Both the position numbers and the translations under genes were made by a program. A stretch of DNA of 63,428 nucleotides, the filler included, from Planctomycetota bacterium (lineage in GTDB: Bacteria > Planctomycetota > Planctomycetia > JALXBF01), in assembly GCA_026991575.1 (NCBI GenBank). It is 3 parts of 3 records of this genome, joined end to end, with 100 filler letters (N's around TTAATTAATTAA, not from the genome) between each part and the next. Parts side by side here need not be neighbours in the genome. Positions count along the whole stretch, not along the records: positions 2,820 to 33,083 come from JALXBF010000008.1; 2 more parts are not named here. One strand, written 5' to 3'. The notes beneath the pieces were generated by a model. It saw nothing but the letters and a program-made list of their open reading frames with translations. It did no database searches and was not told the origin of the DNA. This document shows positions 13,225 through 23,769 of this stretch, piece by piece; within the stretch, counting starts at the first letter, position 1, and each line of letters opens with the position of its first letter.

Positions 13225-14787
13225 ATGTCTGAGGCCGTTGTCTGGAGCTGGGACCAGGAGCAACAGCCGTTAACGGTCAGCGAGTTGACCGCTCGCATCA
13301 AGGATTTGATCGAAAGCCACTTCAATCGCACCTTCCTGGTCCTCGGCCAGATCTCCAACTACAAGCGCCACAGCTCCGGTCACGCGTACTTCACGCTCAG
13401 AGACCAGAGTGCCGCTATCAGCTGCGTGATGTGGCGGCCCTACGTGCAGGGCCTGCGGTTCAGACCGGAGGATGGCCTGGAGGTGGTCGCCGTCGGCGCA
13501 ATCCGCGTCTACGAACCCCAGGGCCGCTACCAGCTGTACGTGACCGATCTGCGGCCGGTGGGCATTGGCGAACTGGAGCTGCGGCTCCGCCAACTGCACC
13601 GACGCCTGGAACAGCTGGGCTGGTTTGACAGACGGCACAAGAAGCCCTTGCCCCCGTTCCCGGCCCGCATCGGCCTGGTGACTAGCCCCACGGGGGCGGC
13701 TGTCCGCGATCTGATTCGGGTGATCACCGGCCGTTGGCCTGCTGCCGAGCTGGTAGTGGTACCGGTACGAGTGCAGGGTGACGGAGCAGCCGAGGAGATT
13801 GCCGCCGCCATTGACCGGGCCAATCGGATGCGGCTTTGCGATGTCCTCATCGTGGGACGAGGTGGGGGAAGCAAGGAGGACCTGTGGGCGTTTAACGAAG
13901 AGATCGTGGCGCGGGCGATTTTCCAGTCCAGCATTCCGATCGTCAGCGCCGTCGGTCACGAGGTGGACTGGACCATCGCGGACCTGGTAGCCGACCAACG
14001 CGCGGCGACGCCGAGCAACGCCGGCGAGCTCGTTGTGCCCGATCGTGTTGAGGTGCTCGGTCAACTGGAGCATCTGGCACGCCGCTGCGCCAATGCGCTG
14101 CGTAAGAGCCTGGAAACGGCCGCCTCCCGGCTGTACGGCCTGACGCAGCGGCCCGTGCTGCGGGACCCGGTTGAGATGATTCGTACCCGTGAGCAACAGT
14201 GCGACGATCTCGAGGAACGGCTCGTGAACGCCATGGGTTGGCTTCTGTCCCGTGTGAGCGAGCGGCTCGACGCACTGCGCGCTCGGTTGCTCCCATTGAC
14301 CCCCCTGCACTACGTCCGGCAACAGCACGAACGGTGCAACAATTTGGGGACACGCCTTCAGAACGCCGTCCTCTGGTGCGTGCGTCACGCGACCGAGCAG
14401 CTCGGCGGGTTCCAGGCCAGGCTGCTAGCTTTGAACCCATTGCCGCGCATCGGCCAGGAACGCGCAAATGTCGTCGCGCTCTTGGACCGCATGCACCGTG
14501 CGATCACCTGGCGGCTGGACCACTGCCAGGAGCGGCTCGCCCGCGCGTGCAGTGGACTGGAAGCATTGAGCCCGTTGCGGGTGCTGGCGCGCGGCTATAG
14601 CCTGACGACCAAGCTAGACGGCCGCACGGTGATTCGCTCCAGCGAACAGCTTCAGGTGGGCCAGGAGGTGCTAACCCGACTACACCAAGGTAGCATCCGT
14701 TGTGCTGTCACCGCAATTGCGGAGAACCTGCAGGAACTGACCAACGAACAAAGCGACGGGCGGCCCAGCCAGGACAGCGGCACCTGA
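13225..14787 (+). CDS. xseA: exodeoxyribonuclease VII large subunit
   Basis: SGHAYFTL OB fold, GRGGGSKEDLWAFN, SAVGHEVD, LSPLRVLARGYS. Confidence 0.96.
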   Translation: MSEAVVWSWDQEQQPLTVSELTARIKDLIESHFNRTFLVLGQISNYKRHSSGHAYFTLRDQSAAISCVMWRPYVQGLRFRPEDGLEVVAVGAIRVYEPQGRYQLYVTDLRPVGIGELELRLRQLHRRLEQLGWFDRRHKKPLPPFPARIGLVTSPTGAAVRDLIRVITGRWPAAELVVVPVRVQGDGAAEEIAAAIDRANRMRLCDVLIVGRGGGSKEDLWAFNEEIVARAIFQSSIPIVSAVGHEVDWTIADLVADQRAATPSNAGELVVPDRVEVLGQLEHLARRCANALRKSLETAASRLYGLTQRPVLRDPVEMIRTREQQCDDLEERLVNAMGWLLSRVSERLDALRARLLPLTPLHYVRQQHERCNNLGTRLQNAVLWCVRHATEQLGGFQARLLALNPLPRIGQERANVVALLDRMHRAITWRLDHCQERLARACSGLEALSPLRVLARGYSLTTKLDGRTVIRSSEQLQVGQEVLTRLHQGSIRCAVTAIAENLQELTNEQSDGRPSQDSGT

Positions 14788-14813
14788 CGCAGCTCAGTGC
14801 GGATTAGAGAACC

Positions 14814-15242
14814 ATGAGCGAAAACGCGAACCGTTCCGAACAACACGACCCCCTGGACGAGCTCACCTTTGAGGAAGCGTTGCGGCGGATTGAGGAGATC
14901 GTGCAGGAACTGGAGAGCGGCCGGATCGGGCTGGACGACGCGATCGTGCGCTACGAACTGGGCGTACGGCTGATCAAGCATTGTCGCCAGATCCTGACCA
15001 GGGCCGAGCGGCGTGTCCGGCTGCTGGTGGGCGAGGACGAAGAGGGGAACGCAATCCTGACCGAGTTTGCCGAGGAGAGTGTTTCGGCAAGCAGTGCGGA
15101 GGAGTTCGAAGATCCGCCTGCCGAAAGTCCCGCTGAGCCCGCTCGCGGACGTCGCCGCCGCAAGAAACGAACTGCTAAGGCGGAATCAGACAACAGCAGC
15201 CTGTTCGATGAACCGGGCGGCAGTCAGGAGGTGCCCTTCTGA
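14814..15242 (+). CDS. xseB: exodeoxyribonuclease VII small subunit with a long disordered C-terminal tail
   Basis: FEEALRRIEEIVQELESG...YELGVRLIKHC. Confidence 0.92.
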   Translation: MSENANRSEQHDPLDELTFEEALRRIEEIVQELESGRIGLDDAIVRYELGVRLIKHCRQILTRAERRVRLLVGEDEEGNAILTEFAEESVSASSAEEFEDPPAESPAEPARGRRRRKKRTAKAESDNSSLFDEPGGSQEVPF

Positions 15243-15283
15243 TGGCGCGATCCGGCCGAGAGCAGTCAGGAGGGAAGTAGAGC

Positions 15284-17161
15284 GTGAGCGACGCCAAGCG
15301 GGTTAGCTTTGTCGAGGATTTCCGCCGCTTCTTCGTGCGCGGGCTGGTGCTCGTCCTGCCGCCGGTCCTCACGGTCTGGATCCTGCTCCAGGTCTGGCTG
15401 CTGCTGAACACGTACGTGGGTGAGCCGGTCAACACGGCTCTCCGCTATGTTGTGGCCTGGAGTATCGCCGAGGTCTATGACCGGGAGCCGACCGACACGA
15501 CGCGGCCGTTCCGCTATATCGAACCGCTCAAAGTCTGGGTGCCGGCCAACGTGGCCTGGGTGGTGGCAGGGCGCGAGCCCCTGGAGGCGCTGCCTCGGAA
15601 GCCGAGCGAACGAGATCAATTGCTGCAGCGGGCACTGGAATCGGGTGAATTCCCGCTGAGTGTATCGCAGCTCTTCGAGCGGTACATCTATTACCAGTAC
15701 TACGTACCCTTGCACCTTTCCTTCGTGGGCATCCTGGTCGCCCTGGTGGCCGTCTATTTCGCCGGTCGCTTCCTGGCGACCGTCGTGGGTAGCTGGACGT
15801 GGGGACTGACCGAACGAGCCATCCTTGGCGTGCCTCTGGTACGTTCCGTCTACCCGCATGTGAAACAGTTTGTTGAGTTCTTGCTGAGCGAACGATCGCG
15901 CGAGTATAACCGTGTCGTCGCCGTCGAGTACCCTCGCAAGGGCATCTGGTCGCTAGGGTTGGTCACGGGCGACGGCATCGGTGAGCTGGAGCGGGCTACC
16001 GGCCAGGAGTTCGTCACGGTGTTCGTCCCCTACACCCCATGGTCTGTTGCCGGGTACGCCATTGAATTGCCGAAGACGGATGTGGTCGACCTGAACATGA
16101 CCGTCGACGAGGCGATCCGGTTCGTGGTCACAGGGGGTGTGTTGCGCCCTGGCTTCAGCCCGCTGACGGCCACCGTGGAGAAGCGGCGACGCGAAGCGGA
16201 AGTGGTTAGCAGCAGGAGCAAACCGGTGAGAGAAACGCGCGTCTTTCGAGTGGGCACGCGAGCAAGTCTGCTGGCCAAGACCCAGACCGAGTCGGTCCTG
16301 CAAATGCTCCGGCGGCTGTGGCCCGACCAGAAGTTCGAGCTGATCGAAATCACCACAACGGGTGATGTCCATGGTGAGCGGAAGCTGACGGAGATTGGCG
16401 GTGAGGGGGTCTTTGCCAAGGAACTGCAACAAGCCCTGCTGGACGGGCGTATCGATTTTGCTGTGCACAGTTACAAGGACCTGCCAACCGCCCCCGTTCC
16501 CGGACTGGTCGTAGTCGCCGTGCCGCCGAGAGCAACGCCGTGGGACGTGCTCATCTCGCGGCCACGGGGCCTGAACCTGCGCGACCTGCCGGCCGGCGCG
16601 GTCATTGGCACCAGCAGTGTACGTCGCCGTGTCCAGCTGGCGAGGCTGCGGCCGGACCTGAAGTTCGTCGATCTCAGGGGCAACGTCAACACACGGCTGC
16701 GGAAGCTGGCTGAGGGCCGCGACGGTGTAACGGCCGTTGTCCTGGCCTACGCCGGGCTGGCCCGCCTGGGCCTCGTGCACGAGATCAGCCAGGTGTTCCT
16801 CGCACACGAACTGCTACCCGCACCGGCTCAGGGAGCGCTAGCCGTTGAGTGCCGCGCCGACGACAAGGTCGTCCAGCAGTTGCTTGCCCCGCTGGACGAT
16901 CCTGCATCCCGCGCCGCGGTCGAAGCCGAGCGCACACTGCTACGCAGCCTGGGCGGTGGCTGTCATGTGCCGGTCGGAGCGATCGCAACCGTCGCCGGTG
17001 ACAAGCTGATGTTGCGCGGCGGCGTCTTCGCCCCGGACTGTCGAAGCGTCGTGGCCGAACTGGAGGGGCCAGTGCGACCCGCTGAGGAGCTGGGCAGACG
17101 GCTCGCCCAGCGGCTGCTCGAAGAAGGCGCCGCAGAACTGCTCGAACAGTCCGCCCGATAG
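15284..17161 (+). CDS. hemC: DUF502 membrane domain fused to hydroxymethylbilane synthase
   Basis: N-terminal DUF502 features (GLVLVLP...VEYPRKGIWSLG...VFVP). C-terminal HemC motifs GTRASLLA, VHSYKDLP, LRGNVNTRL, GGGCHVP. Confidence 0.9.
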   Translation: MSDAKRVSFVEDFRRFFVRGLVLVLPPVLTVWILLQVWLLLNTYVGEPVNTALRYVVAWSIAEVYDREPTDTTRPFRYIEPLKVWVPANVAWVVAGREPLEALPRKPSERDQLLQRALESGEFPLSVSQLFERYIYYQYYVPLHLSFVGILVALVAVYFAGRFLATVVGSWTWGLTERAILGVPLVRSVYPHVKQFVEFLLSERSREYNRVVAVEYPRKGIWSLGLVTGDGIGELERATGQEFVTVFVPYTPWSVAGYAIELPKTDVVDLNMTVDEAIRFVVTGGVLRPGFSPLTATVEKRRREAEVVSSRSKPVRETRVFRVGTRASLLAKTQTESVLQMLRRLWPDQKFELIEITTTGDVHGERKLTEIGGEGVFAKELQQALLDGRIDFAVHSYKDLPTAPVPGLVVVAVPPRATPWDVLISRPRGLNLRDLPAGAVIGTSSVRRRVQLARLRPDLKFVDLRGNVNTRLRKLAEGRDGVTAVVLAYAGLARLGLVHEISQVFLAHELLPAPAQGALAVECRADDKVVQQLLAPLDDPASRAAVEAERTLLRSLGGGCHVPVGAIATVAGDKLMLRGGVFAPDCRSVVAELEGPVRPAEELGRRLAQRLLEEGAAELLEQSAR

Positions 17162-17242
17162 GCCGCTGCATCCCGGCCGCCCCCCCCATGCGTGCGGCCG
17201 ACCGCGCCTGCCTGCGGCAACAACCGCGTCGGCCACGCGCCG

Positions 17243-18202
17243 CTACCGTTGGTCGTTCTCCTTCGGCTCGTCTTTCTCCTCGGCGACAGCCTCCTTGGCG
17301 TCGGCCTTCTTGGCTGGCGGTCGTGCGCGACTGCGGCGGCTGCGGGCCTTGCCCCTGGCAGCCTTCTTCAGCGCACCGCCCTGAATCTCCTCGGCCGTAA
17401 GTGGATCTCTGCGATACAAGCTGATGGCGGTAATCATCGGCAGCCTGCGGGGTACCTGCTCCAACGAGACGGTGATCTCGGTAGTCTCGGGCTTGACGAA
17501 CGCCACGGCACCGCGCCCGTAGATTCTGAGCGTGATCCGTGGCGACTCCGGTAGCCGCAGCGGAAAGCGGTAGCGGCCGGCAGCAACGACCACGACCGGG
17601 CTAACCGACACGACCCTGCCACGCAACCAGATCGACGCCGGATCCGTCGGAAGCTGACCGGGGGTGATGCGAGCGTTTGGCGCCAGGGGATTGTGTTGGC
17701 CACGCCGCACGGCCGGACGCCCCACGAGAATGGTCAGGCCACCGGTGGCGATCGGGCCGCGTGGCCCTTCCAATTCACCGCTCAGTTCCACAAGAGCCCC
17801 GCGTTTGAGAACCAATGCCGGATCGGCAACCTGCGCAGCGAGCGTGATCCGAGCAGTCGGCACCAGCGGCACGAAAATGGTTTGGTCCACCGGTTGTGCC
17901 GGCTGCTGCTGGTCACCGGGCTGTCCGCCGCCGCCCCCCCCGGTACCCGGAACCCGCGGAGCCAGCACCCCCAATGGCGCCCCGCCGGGCACCTGCTCCG
18001 GCTTGACCTGAAAACCACGTGGCGACACCGCCACCACCTCGCCTCGAATGGAAAAGGTCTGAGGCCTATTGCCCAGCCCTGGTCGACGCGGCCCATAAGG
18101 CGTTACCTGAGCCAGCGCAGCGTCAAGCGACAGAAGCAACGAACAGAGTGCCAAGCATAGCGTCCGGTAGCGGAACATGGTCAACCTCGTCGTGTAGGGC
18201 AT
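17243..18202 (-). CDS. secreted hypothetical protein
   Basis: Signal peptide ending ALA-Q, coding-like composition, basic then acidic tail. Confidence 0.65.
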   Translation of the reverse strand: MPYTTRLTMFRYRTLCLALCSLLLSLDAALAQVTPYGPRRPGLGNRPQTFSIRGEVVAVSPRGFQVKPEQVPGGAPLGVLAPRVPGTGGGGGGQPGDQQQPAQPVDQTIFVPLVPTARITLAAQVADPALVLKRGALVELSGELEGPRGPIATGGLTILVGRPAVRRGQHNPLAPNARITPGQLPTDPASIWLRGRVVSVSPVVVVAAGRYRFPLRLPESPRITLRIYGRGAVAFVKPETTEITVSLEQVPRRLPMITAISLYRRDPLTAEEIQGGALKKAARGKARSRRSRARPPAKKADAKEAVAEEKDEPKENDQR

Positions 18203-18316
18203 CTGCCGTATTCTAGCCGACCTGACGCGACCGTCGTTCTAGCTGGTGCCTAGGATTGCTGAAGTTCCCAGGCGCAATAGCCCAGGCCGCGTGTTGGAGA
18301 GCAAGTGAGGTCATCA

Positions 18317-19108
18317 ATGAGCCACAGCGACTCGCCCCCGTCCAAGGAGTTTCCGTACCGCGTCGCGCTGGTAACCGGTGCGTCAACCGGCATCGGCCGC
18401 GCCGTGGCGCTTGAACTTGCCCGCCGAGGGTGCAACGTCGGATTGATGGCACGCAGAGAGGAGTTGCTACGCGAGGTTGCGCAGGAAGTCGAGCAGCTGC
18501 ACGCGCGCGCAGCGATCGCCGTGGCCGACGTGCGCGACTGGCAACAGGTCAACAGAGGGGTGCGGCACGTTGAAGCGAAACTGGGCCCCATCGACTTACT
18601 GGTCGCAAACGCCGGGGTGGGCGATCCGATTTCCGCCACGAAATTCGATCCGGAACGGGTGCGCATGCTGTACGAGGTGAACGTGCTAGGAGCCGTGCAC
18701 GCCATCGCGGCCGTGCTGCCCGGCATGTTGGAACGGGGCCGGGGCCATCTGGTCGGTGTGAGCAGCCTGGCCGGATACCGTGGCTTTCCTGGAGCAAGCA
18801 CCTACTGCGCCACGAAAGCAGCGCTTCGCGTTCAGCTCGAGGGGCTCCGGGTTGAGTTGCGGCCGCGGGGTATTCATGTCACGTGCATCTGCCCGGGCTT
18901 CATCCGCACGCCGATGACGGCGAAGAACAAGTTCTACATGCCCTTCCTGATGGATGCCGAACCGGCAGCGCGTAGGATCGTTAACGCGATTGTGCGTCGC
19001 CGCCGCGTGTACAACTTTCCGTGGCCCATGGCCGCACTCGTCTGGCTCCTGGCCCATCTGCCCAACTGGCTCTATGACCGGCTGACGCGTCCGTACAAGA
19101 AGTGGTAA
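18317..19108 (+). CDS. short-chain dehydrogenase/reductase
   Basis: TGASTGIG, NAG and YCATK motifs. Confidence 0.93.
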   Translation: MSHSDSPPSKEFPYRVALVTGASTGIGRAVALELARRGCNVGLMARREELLREVAQEVEQLHARAAIAVADVRDWQQVNRGVRHVEAKLGPIDLLVANAGVGDPISATKFDPERVRMLYEVNVLGAVHAIAAVLPGMLERGRGHLVGVSSLAGYRGFPGASTYCATKAALRVQLEGLRVELRPRGIHVTCICPGFIRTPMTAKNKFYMPFLMDAEPAARRIVNAIVRRRRVYNFPWPMAALVWLLAHLPNWLYDRLTRPYKKW

Positions 19109-19192
19109 GACCGTTGTCCATCGCAGGCTCAGCCCGCGGCGTGGCGGCCAGTCGCGCGTCGGCACCGGTGCGCGTAGCATCCGCTGTCCTGA

Positions 19193-20593
19193 TCAGAAAG
19201 GGGGAATGTCAAAGCCGTCCATCTCGACACCGTCCGGCACGGCCTGAGACGGCAGCGGGTGGTAGTTCTCGAAGCGGGTATACTGCTTCAGGAAGCTGAG
19301 CTTCACGGTGCCGGTAGGACCGTTTCGCTGTTTGGCAACGATCACTTCGGCCAGCCCCGGCTCAGCCTCCTGATCGTAGAGCTCCGGCCGGTGCAACAGT
19401 AGCACGACGTCCGCGTCCTGCTCGATCGATCCGCTTTCGCGCAGGTCGGCCAACCTGGGCCGGTGTCCTTCGCGCAGCTCCAGCGAACGGTTCAACTGGC
19501 TGAGAGCGATGACGGGGATTTGCAGGTCTCGTGCCAGCATCTTCAGACGCCGGCTGATTCGGGCAATCTGCTCCTGCCGCGAGTCGCGCAGGTTGTCCGG
19601 CTCAATGAGCTGCAGGTAGTCGATCACGACGAGCCGCAGATCATGTTGGCGTTTCAACCGCCTGGCGGTGGCAGTGATCTGCAGCATGTTCCGGCCCGGC
19701 GTATCGTCGATGAACAACGGGGCGCCCATCATCTGGTCGGCCGCCTGCTGCAAACGGCGGATGTCGTCGCTGCTGATTCGGCCCGAGCGAAGGCGGTGGC
19801 TGTCCATGCGTGCCCGGGAACACAGGAGACGCTCGACCAGTTCGATCCGCGACTGCTCGAGGCTGACGAACAGCACGGCCTTTCCCTCGTCGACCGCAAC
19901 ATGCTCGGCGATGTTCATCGCCAGCGCCGTCTTGCCTACGCTGGGCCGTGCCGCGATGATGATCAGTTCCGAGTTCTGCAGGCCGCTGGTTAGGTCGTCC
20001 AGGTCGAAGAAACCGGTGGGCAGGCCGCTGATGACGTGCTCGCCGCGCCCGGCGCGCTCATCGATCCGGTCGAACGCCAGGGCAAGCACGTCGGAAAGCC
20101 GCTGTGTCTCGCCGACCAGACGGTGCTGAGCGATGTCAAAGATCTTCCGTTCCGCCTCGCTGAGCAGCTCGTCGGGATCGGTACCCGGGTCGTAAGCCTC
20201 CTGGACGATCTCGGTACCGACCTGGATCAGGCGACGGGCGATCGCCTTCTCGCGCACGATCTGAGCGTAGTGCAGGGCATGCGCAGCGGTGGGCACCTTC
20301 GTAAGTAGCTCGGCGAGGTATTCTGTGGTTAGGCCCCCCGTGCCGGGCTCTTGAAGGTAGCCCCGCCGCTGGAGCTCATCACGAACGATGACCGGATCGA
20401 TCGTCTTGCCCGCGTTGTACAGCTCCAGGATCGTTTCGAAGAGCTTACGGTGCGCGTCACGCAGAAAGCAGTCGGGGCTGAGCAGTTGGACCACGTCGTG
20501 CACGCAGTCCTCGTAAAGCATCAGGCTGCCGAGCACACACTGCTCAGCCTCGATGTTCTGGGGGGGCATTCGATCGAGCGGCGCATCCACCAC
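19193..20593 (-). CDS. dnaB: replicative DNA helicase
   Basis: AARPSVGKT Walker A, IDYLQL, LSQLNR, LRESGSIEQDAD. No intein. Confidence 0.98.
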   Translation of the reverse strand: MVDAPLDRMPPQNIEAEQCVLGSLMLYEDCVHDVVQLLSPDCFLRDAHRKLFETILELYNAGKTIDPVIVRDELQRRGYLQEPGTGGLTTEYLAELLTKVPTAAHALHYAQIVREKAIARRLIQVGTEIVQEAYDPGTDPDELLSEAERKIFDIAQHRLVGETQRLSDVLALAFDRIDERAGRGEHVISGLPTGFFDLDDLTSGLQNSELIIIAARPSVGKTALAMNIAEHVAVDEGKAVLFVSLEQSRIELVERLLCSRARMDSHRLRSGRISSDDIRRLQQAADQMMGAPLFIDDTPGRNMLQITATARRLKRQHDLRLVVIDYLQLIEPDNLRDSRQEQIARISRRLKMLARDLQIPVIALSQLNRSLELREGHRPRLADLRESGSIEQDADVVLLLHRPELYDQEAEPGLAEVIVAKQRNGPTGTVKLSFLKQYTRFENYHPLPSQAVPDGVEMDGFDIPPF

Positions 20594-20697
20594 GACGGGG
20601 TACTCCTGAGCGTTGCTAGCTGCGCACTGCGTCGTGCGTACCGGTCAGCAGCACAGCCCTCACGGACACATCGCCACGCCGCCGCACGGTCCGGCCA

Positions 20698-21207
20698 TCA
20701 GCCTTCGATGTCGCCGAGCGGGACGACCCAGAGCGAAATCTCGGCAGCAATGTCTGCCGTCAACTGGATCTTGACGCTGTAGAGCCCCGTCTGCTTGATC
20801 ACTCCCTCCAACTTGACCATGTCCTCGTCGATCTCGATGTCGTGCGCGCGCAACGCCTCGACGATCTCCGACGGCCCGACGGAACCGTACAAATGGCCCA
20901 CCTCGTTGGCAGCCGCCTCGACATGAATCTCCATGTTCTCCAATCGCCGGGCCAGCTCCTCCAGTTGCCGGCGCCGCTGCTCCTCACGACGAGCCAGCTC
21001 CTGCTTGTACTTCTCAACGCGACGCACGTTGTCGGGTGTCGCCGGTGCGGCGAATCCATAAGGCAACAGATAATTGCGTGCGTAACCTGGCCGCACCTCA
21101 ACCAGATCACCGGCCCGCCCCAGATGGGGAACATCCTTGGTCAGCAGCAGCTGGATACCACCGTTTGGGCCTTTCGGTAACGCCGTAGCCGGGCGTCGTC
21201 TGGGCAT
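20698..21207 (-). CDS. rplI: 50S ribosomal protein L9
   Basis: LGRAGDLVEVRPGYARNYLLP, GHLYGSV. Confidence 0.96.
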   Translation of the reverse strand: MPRRRPATALPKGPNGGIQLLLTKDVPHLGRAGDLVEVRPGYARNYLLPYGFAAPATPDNVRRVEKYKQELARREEQRRRQLEELARRLENMEIHVEAAANEVGHLYGSVGPSEIVEALRAHDIEIDEDMVKLEGVIKQTGLYSVKIQLTADIAAEISLWVVPLGDIEG

Positions 21208-21227
21208 CGTCTTCCACCCCTTAATGC

Positions 21228-21674
21228 CTAGAACGGAATGTCGTCCGGTCCAGCCTCGTCCGCGGGCGGAGGCGGAGGCACGTCGTAGACGGCCGGTTCT
21301 TCGGCCAGCTCCTGAACGCCGCGAGCCTCCTGGTCACCCGCCTGACCACCGAAACCGTCCAGGAAACGGACCTGGCGAGCAACGACCCGATACGTCGTCC
21401 GATTGTTCCCTTCGCGGTCCTGCCAGGTTTCCATGCGGAGCTGCCCTTCCACCAGCACAAGTCGGCCCTTGCGCAGGTAGCGGGTCACCACCTCAGCCTG
21501 GTTGCCCCAAACAACCACGTCGATGAACAACGTGTCCGTCTGAAGCTGGCCGTTGCGGTCACGCCGCCGCTCGCCGACGGCAAGCCGCATCGTGGTGACC
21601 GCCGCGCCACTAGGCGTGTAGCGCAGTTCCAAATCCCTGGTCAGCCGGCCGATGAGAATGATGCGGTTGTACAT
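21228..21674 (-). CDS. ssb: single-stranded DNA-binding protein
   Basis: NRIILIGRLTRDLELRYT and C-terminal DDIPF. Confidence 0.96.
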   Translation of the reverse strand: MYNRIILIGRLTRDLELRYTPSGAAVTTMRLAVGERRRDRNGQLQTDTLFIDVVVWGNQAEVVTRYLRKGRLVLVEGQLRMETWQDREGNNRTTYRVVARQVRFLDGFGGQAGDQEARGVQELAEEPAVYDVPPPPPADEAGPDDIPF

Positions 21675-21786
21675 CACAGAAACCTCCCGCCGGGGGCCCC
21701 GATCCGGCCCTCTGCATCTGCCCGACGCATTATGGGCCGAAATCGGCCCGAGGTACAGTCCCCCAGGCAGGCAATCGGCGTCGCGG

Positions 21787-22245
21787 CTAGGCGCCGCCAG
21801 TCTCCTCCGCAGTCGCAGGCTCCGCCTCCGACTGCTCAGGCTGGCCGACCGCTCCCTCACCACCGCTTCCGACCGAACCGGCGCCCTCGGCCCCCTCCTC
21901 CGTCACGCCCGTGTATGCCTGAGCCTGCGCGATCAGGGGCTCGACCAGCTTCGGATGGATCTTCAGGATCAATTGGCGCAGGATCTCCGGAGTCAACCGG
22001 CAGTCATGTTCGATCTTGGCGATGTTGGCCGGTTCGGTGCGGAAGTAGGTCAGGTAGTACATGCCCTTCCGCTGCTTCTTGATCGGATAGGCCAGTCGCC
22101 GCTCCTCCCACTGCCGGCTAACGAGAATCTCGCAGTCGTACCGCTCAAGGATCCGGTGCACGATCTCTGCGGCAGCATCCCAGTTGCTATGCAACTTGCT
22201 GCTGTCCAGCAGGAACATGCCCTCGTAGACGTTCTTGCTCACCAC
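21787..22245 (-). CDS. rpsF: 30S ribosomal protein S6
   Basis: YEGMFLLD...WEERRLAYPIKK. Confidence 0.95.
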   Translation of the reverse strand: MVSKNVYEGMFLLDSSKLHSNWDAAAEIVHRILERYDCEILVSRQWEERRLAYPIKKQRKGMYYLTYFRTEPANIAKIEHDCRLTPEILRQLILKIHPKLVEPLIAQAQAYTGVTEEGAEGAGSVGSGGEGAVGQPEQSEAEPATAEETGGA

Positions 22246-22284
22246 CTAGCCTCCAAAACCGTGGACCTCACCAGACGAACCGGC

Positions 22285-22890
22285 CTACTGGGCAGGACCG
22301 TCTCGGTTGTGCGTGCTGGGGTGTGCATTGTATCGGGCCATGGCCCGGTCGATGCCTTCGCGGAGCCAGCATTCCGCGCAGTCAGCCGCCCGCTCTACCA
22401 TCGCACCGACCGCCGCTTGCTCCTCGGGCAGAAAGCGCGCGAGGACAAAATCGGTCGCCGATACCGCAGTGGGCCGTGGCCCGATACCCAGCCGCAGTCG
22501 GGCAAACCGATCCGTGCCCAGCTGCGCGATGACGTCGCGCAAGCCGCGCTGGCCACCATCACTGCCTTTCGGTCGCAGGCGAATCGTGCCGAGCGGCAGG
22601 TTCAGGTCATCACAGACGACAAGCAGATCGTGCTGCGGATCGAGCCCGTACCAACGGACTGCCTCGGCCACGGCTAGCCCCGAACGGTTCATGTAGGTTT
22701 CGGGCCAGAGCAGCAGCACGGTCCCGAACTCAGGCCAGGCAACCTCTGCCAGCCGCCCGTGAAAGCGCTCTCGGGCCGACGCTACCTGCCATCGCCGCGC
22801 CAGAACGTCCAGGACGTCGAAGCCCAGGTTGTGCCGTGTCCCCCGGTAGCGCCGCCCGGGATTGCCTAGGCCGACGATCAGTTTCCGCAT
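22285..22890 (-). CDS. pth: peptidyl-tRNA hydrolase
   Basis: LIVGLGNPG, TRHNLGF, PETYMNRSG. Confidence 0.95.
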   Translation of the reverse strand: MRKLIVGLGNPGRRYRGTRHNLGFDVLDVLARRWQVASARERFHGRLAEVAWPEFGTVLLLWPETYMNRSGLAVAEAVRWYGLDPQHDLLVVCDDLNLPLGTIRLRPKGSDGGQRGLRDVIAQLGTDRFARLRLGIGPRPTAVSATDFVLARFLPEEQAAVGAMVERAADCAECWLREGIDRAMARYNAHPSTHNRDGPAQ

Positions 22891-22947
22891 GGCAAGCACC
22901 ACCGGTGGCTACCAATCGAAGCGGGCAGCTGGCCGAACCCTCGCCTC

Positions 22948-23592
22948 CTACTCTTCCTCTGTCTGCTCCTTCTTGCCCTTTTCGATCACTTCGGGCTCAC
23001 TGGGAGCGGCCTCAGCCGCAGCCTCCTCCTCTTCCTCGGCCGGCTCCGGTCGGGTCACCAGCGCGATGACCACGTCCGGCTCGGTCACGAGCGTCACCCC
23101 TTCCGGCAGTGGAATGTCCGACGCGTAGAGCACATCGTCCAGGTCCAGGTGGGAAACATCGACGCGGAGCTGCTCGGGGATCTCCGTCGCCAGGCACTCG
23201 ATTTCCACCTCATGCGTTGCGTGCTCAAGCACGCCACCTGCTTCGACGCCTTTCGGCACGCCGCGCAGCACCACGGGCACCTCGACCGTCACCCGTTGGC
23301 CGGCAACCACGCGGTGGAAATCCACATGGATGACTTCGCGACCAAAGATGTCCTTCTGGACGTCACGGACCAGGCTTGTGATCGGCTGCTCGCCCAGCCC
23401 AACTAGCGACACGAGCCGATCGTGCTGGCGTGCCACCCGCTCGATCTCCCTGGCAGGAATCTGAACCATAATCGGCTCGCTGTCGCCGCCGTAAACGATG
23501 CCGGGCACCCAGCCCTGGCGGCGCAGCCGACGGACTGCCCACTTGCCCTTCACCGAACGCGGTGCTACTTCGATCTTGATTGCTTCTGCCAT
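22948..23592 (-). CDS. rplY: 50S ribosomal protein L25/Ctc
   Basis: RRLRRQGWVPGIVYG, HVDF, GVEAGGVL. Confidence 0.95.
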   Translation of the reverse strand: MAEAIKIEVAPRSVKGKWAVRRLRRQGWVPGIVYGGDSEPIMVQIPAREIERVARQHDRLVSLVGLGEQPITSLVRDVQKDIFGREVIHVDFHRVVAGQRVTVEVPVVLRGVPKGVEAGGVLEHATHEVEIECLATEIPEQLRVDVSHLDLDDVLYASDIPLPEGVTLVTEPDVVIALVTRPEPAEEEEEAAAEAAPSEPEVIEKGKKEQTEEE

Positions 23593-23769
23593 CTTGCCTC
23601 TCGCTCCACCGTGCCTGGCTCAGCGTTCTGGCCCTGTCGTGGCAACTGGTTCGGCTGCCCGAACCACTAGCAAGCCCGAAAAAAAGCGAACCGCTCCAGT
23701 TGTCACAGCACGGAGCGGCCGGACCGAGTGTAACCGGGTCAGCAGTGGCCCACGCCCGGCAACCGTCAG

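Noticed and set aside
20698..22245. rpsR missing from rpsF-ssb-rplI
   Set aside because: To my knowledge this arrangement is usual in planctomycetes, so it is not novel.
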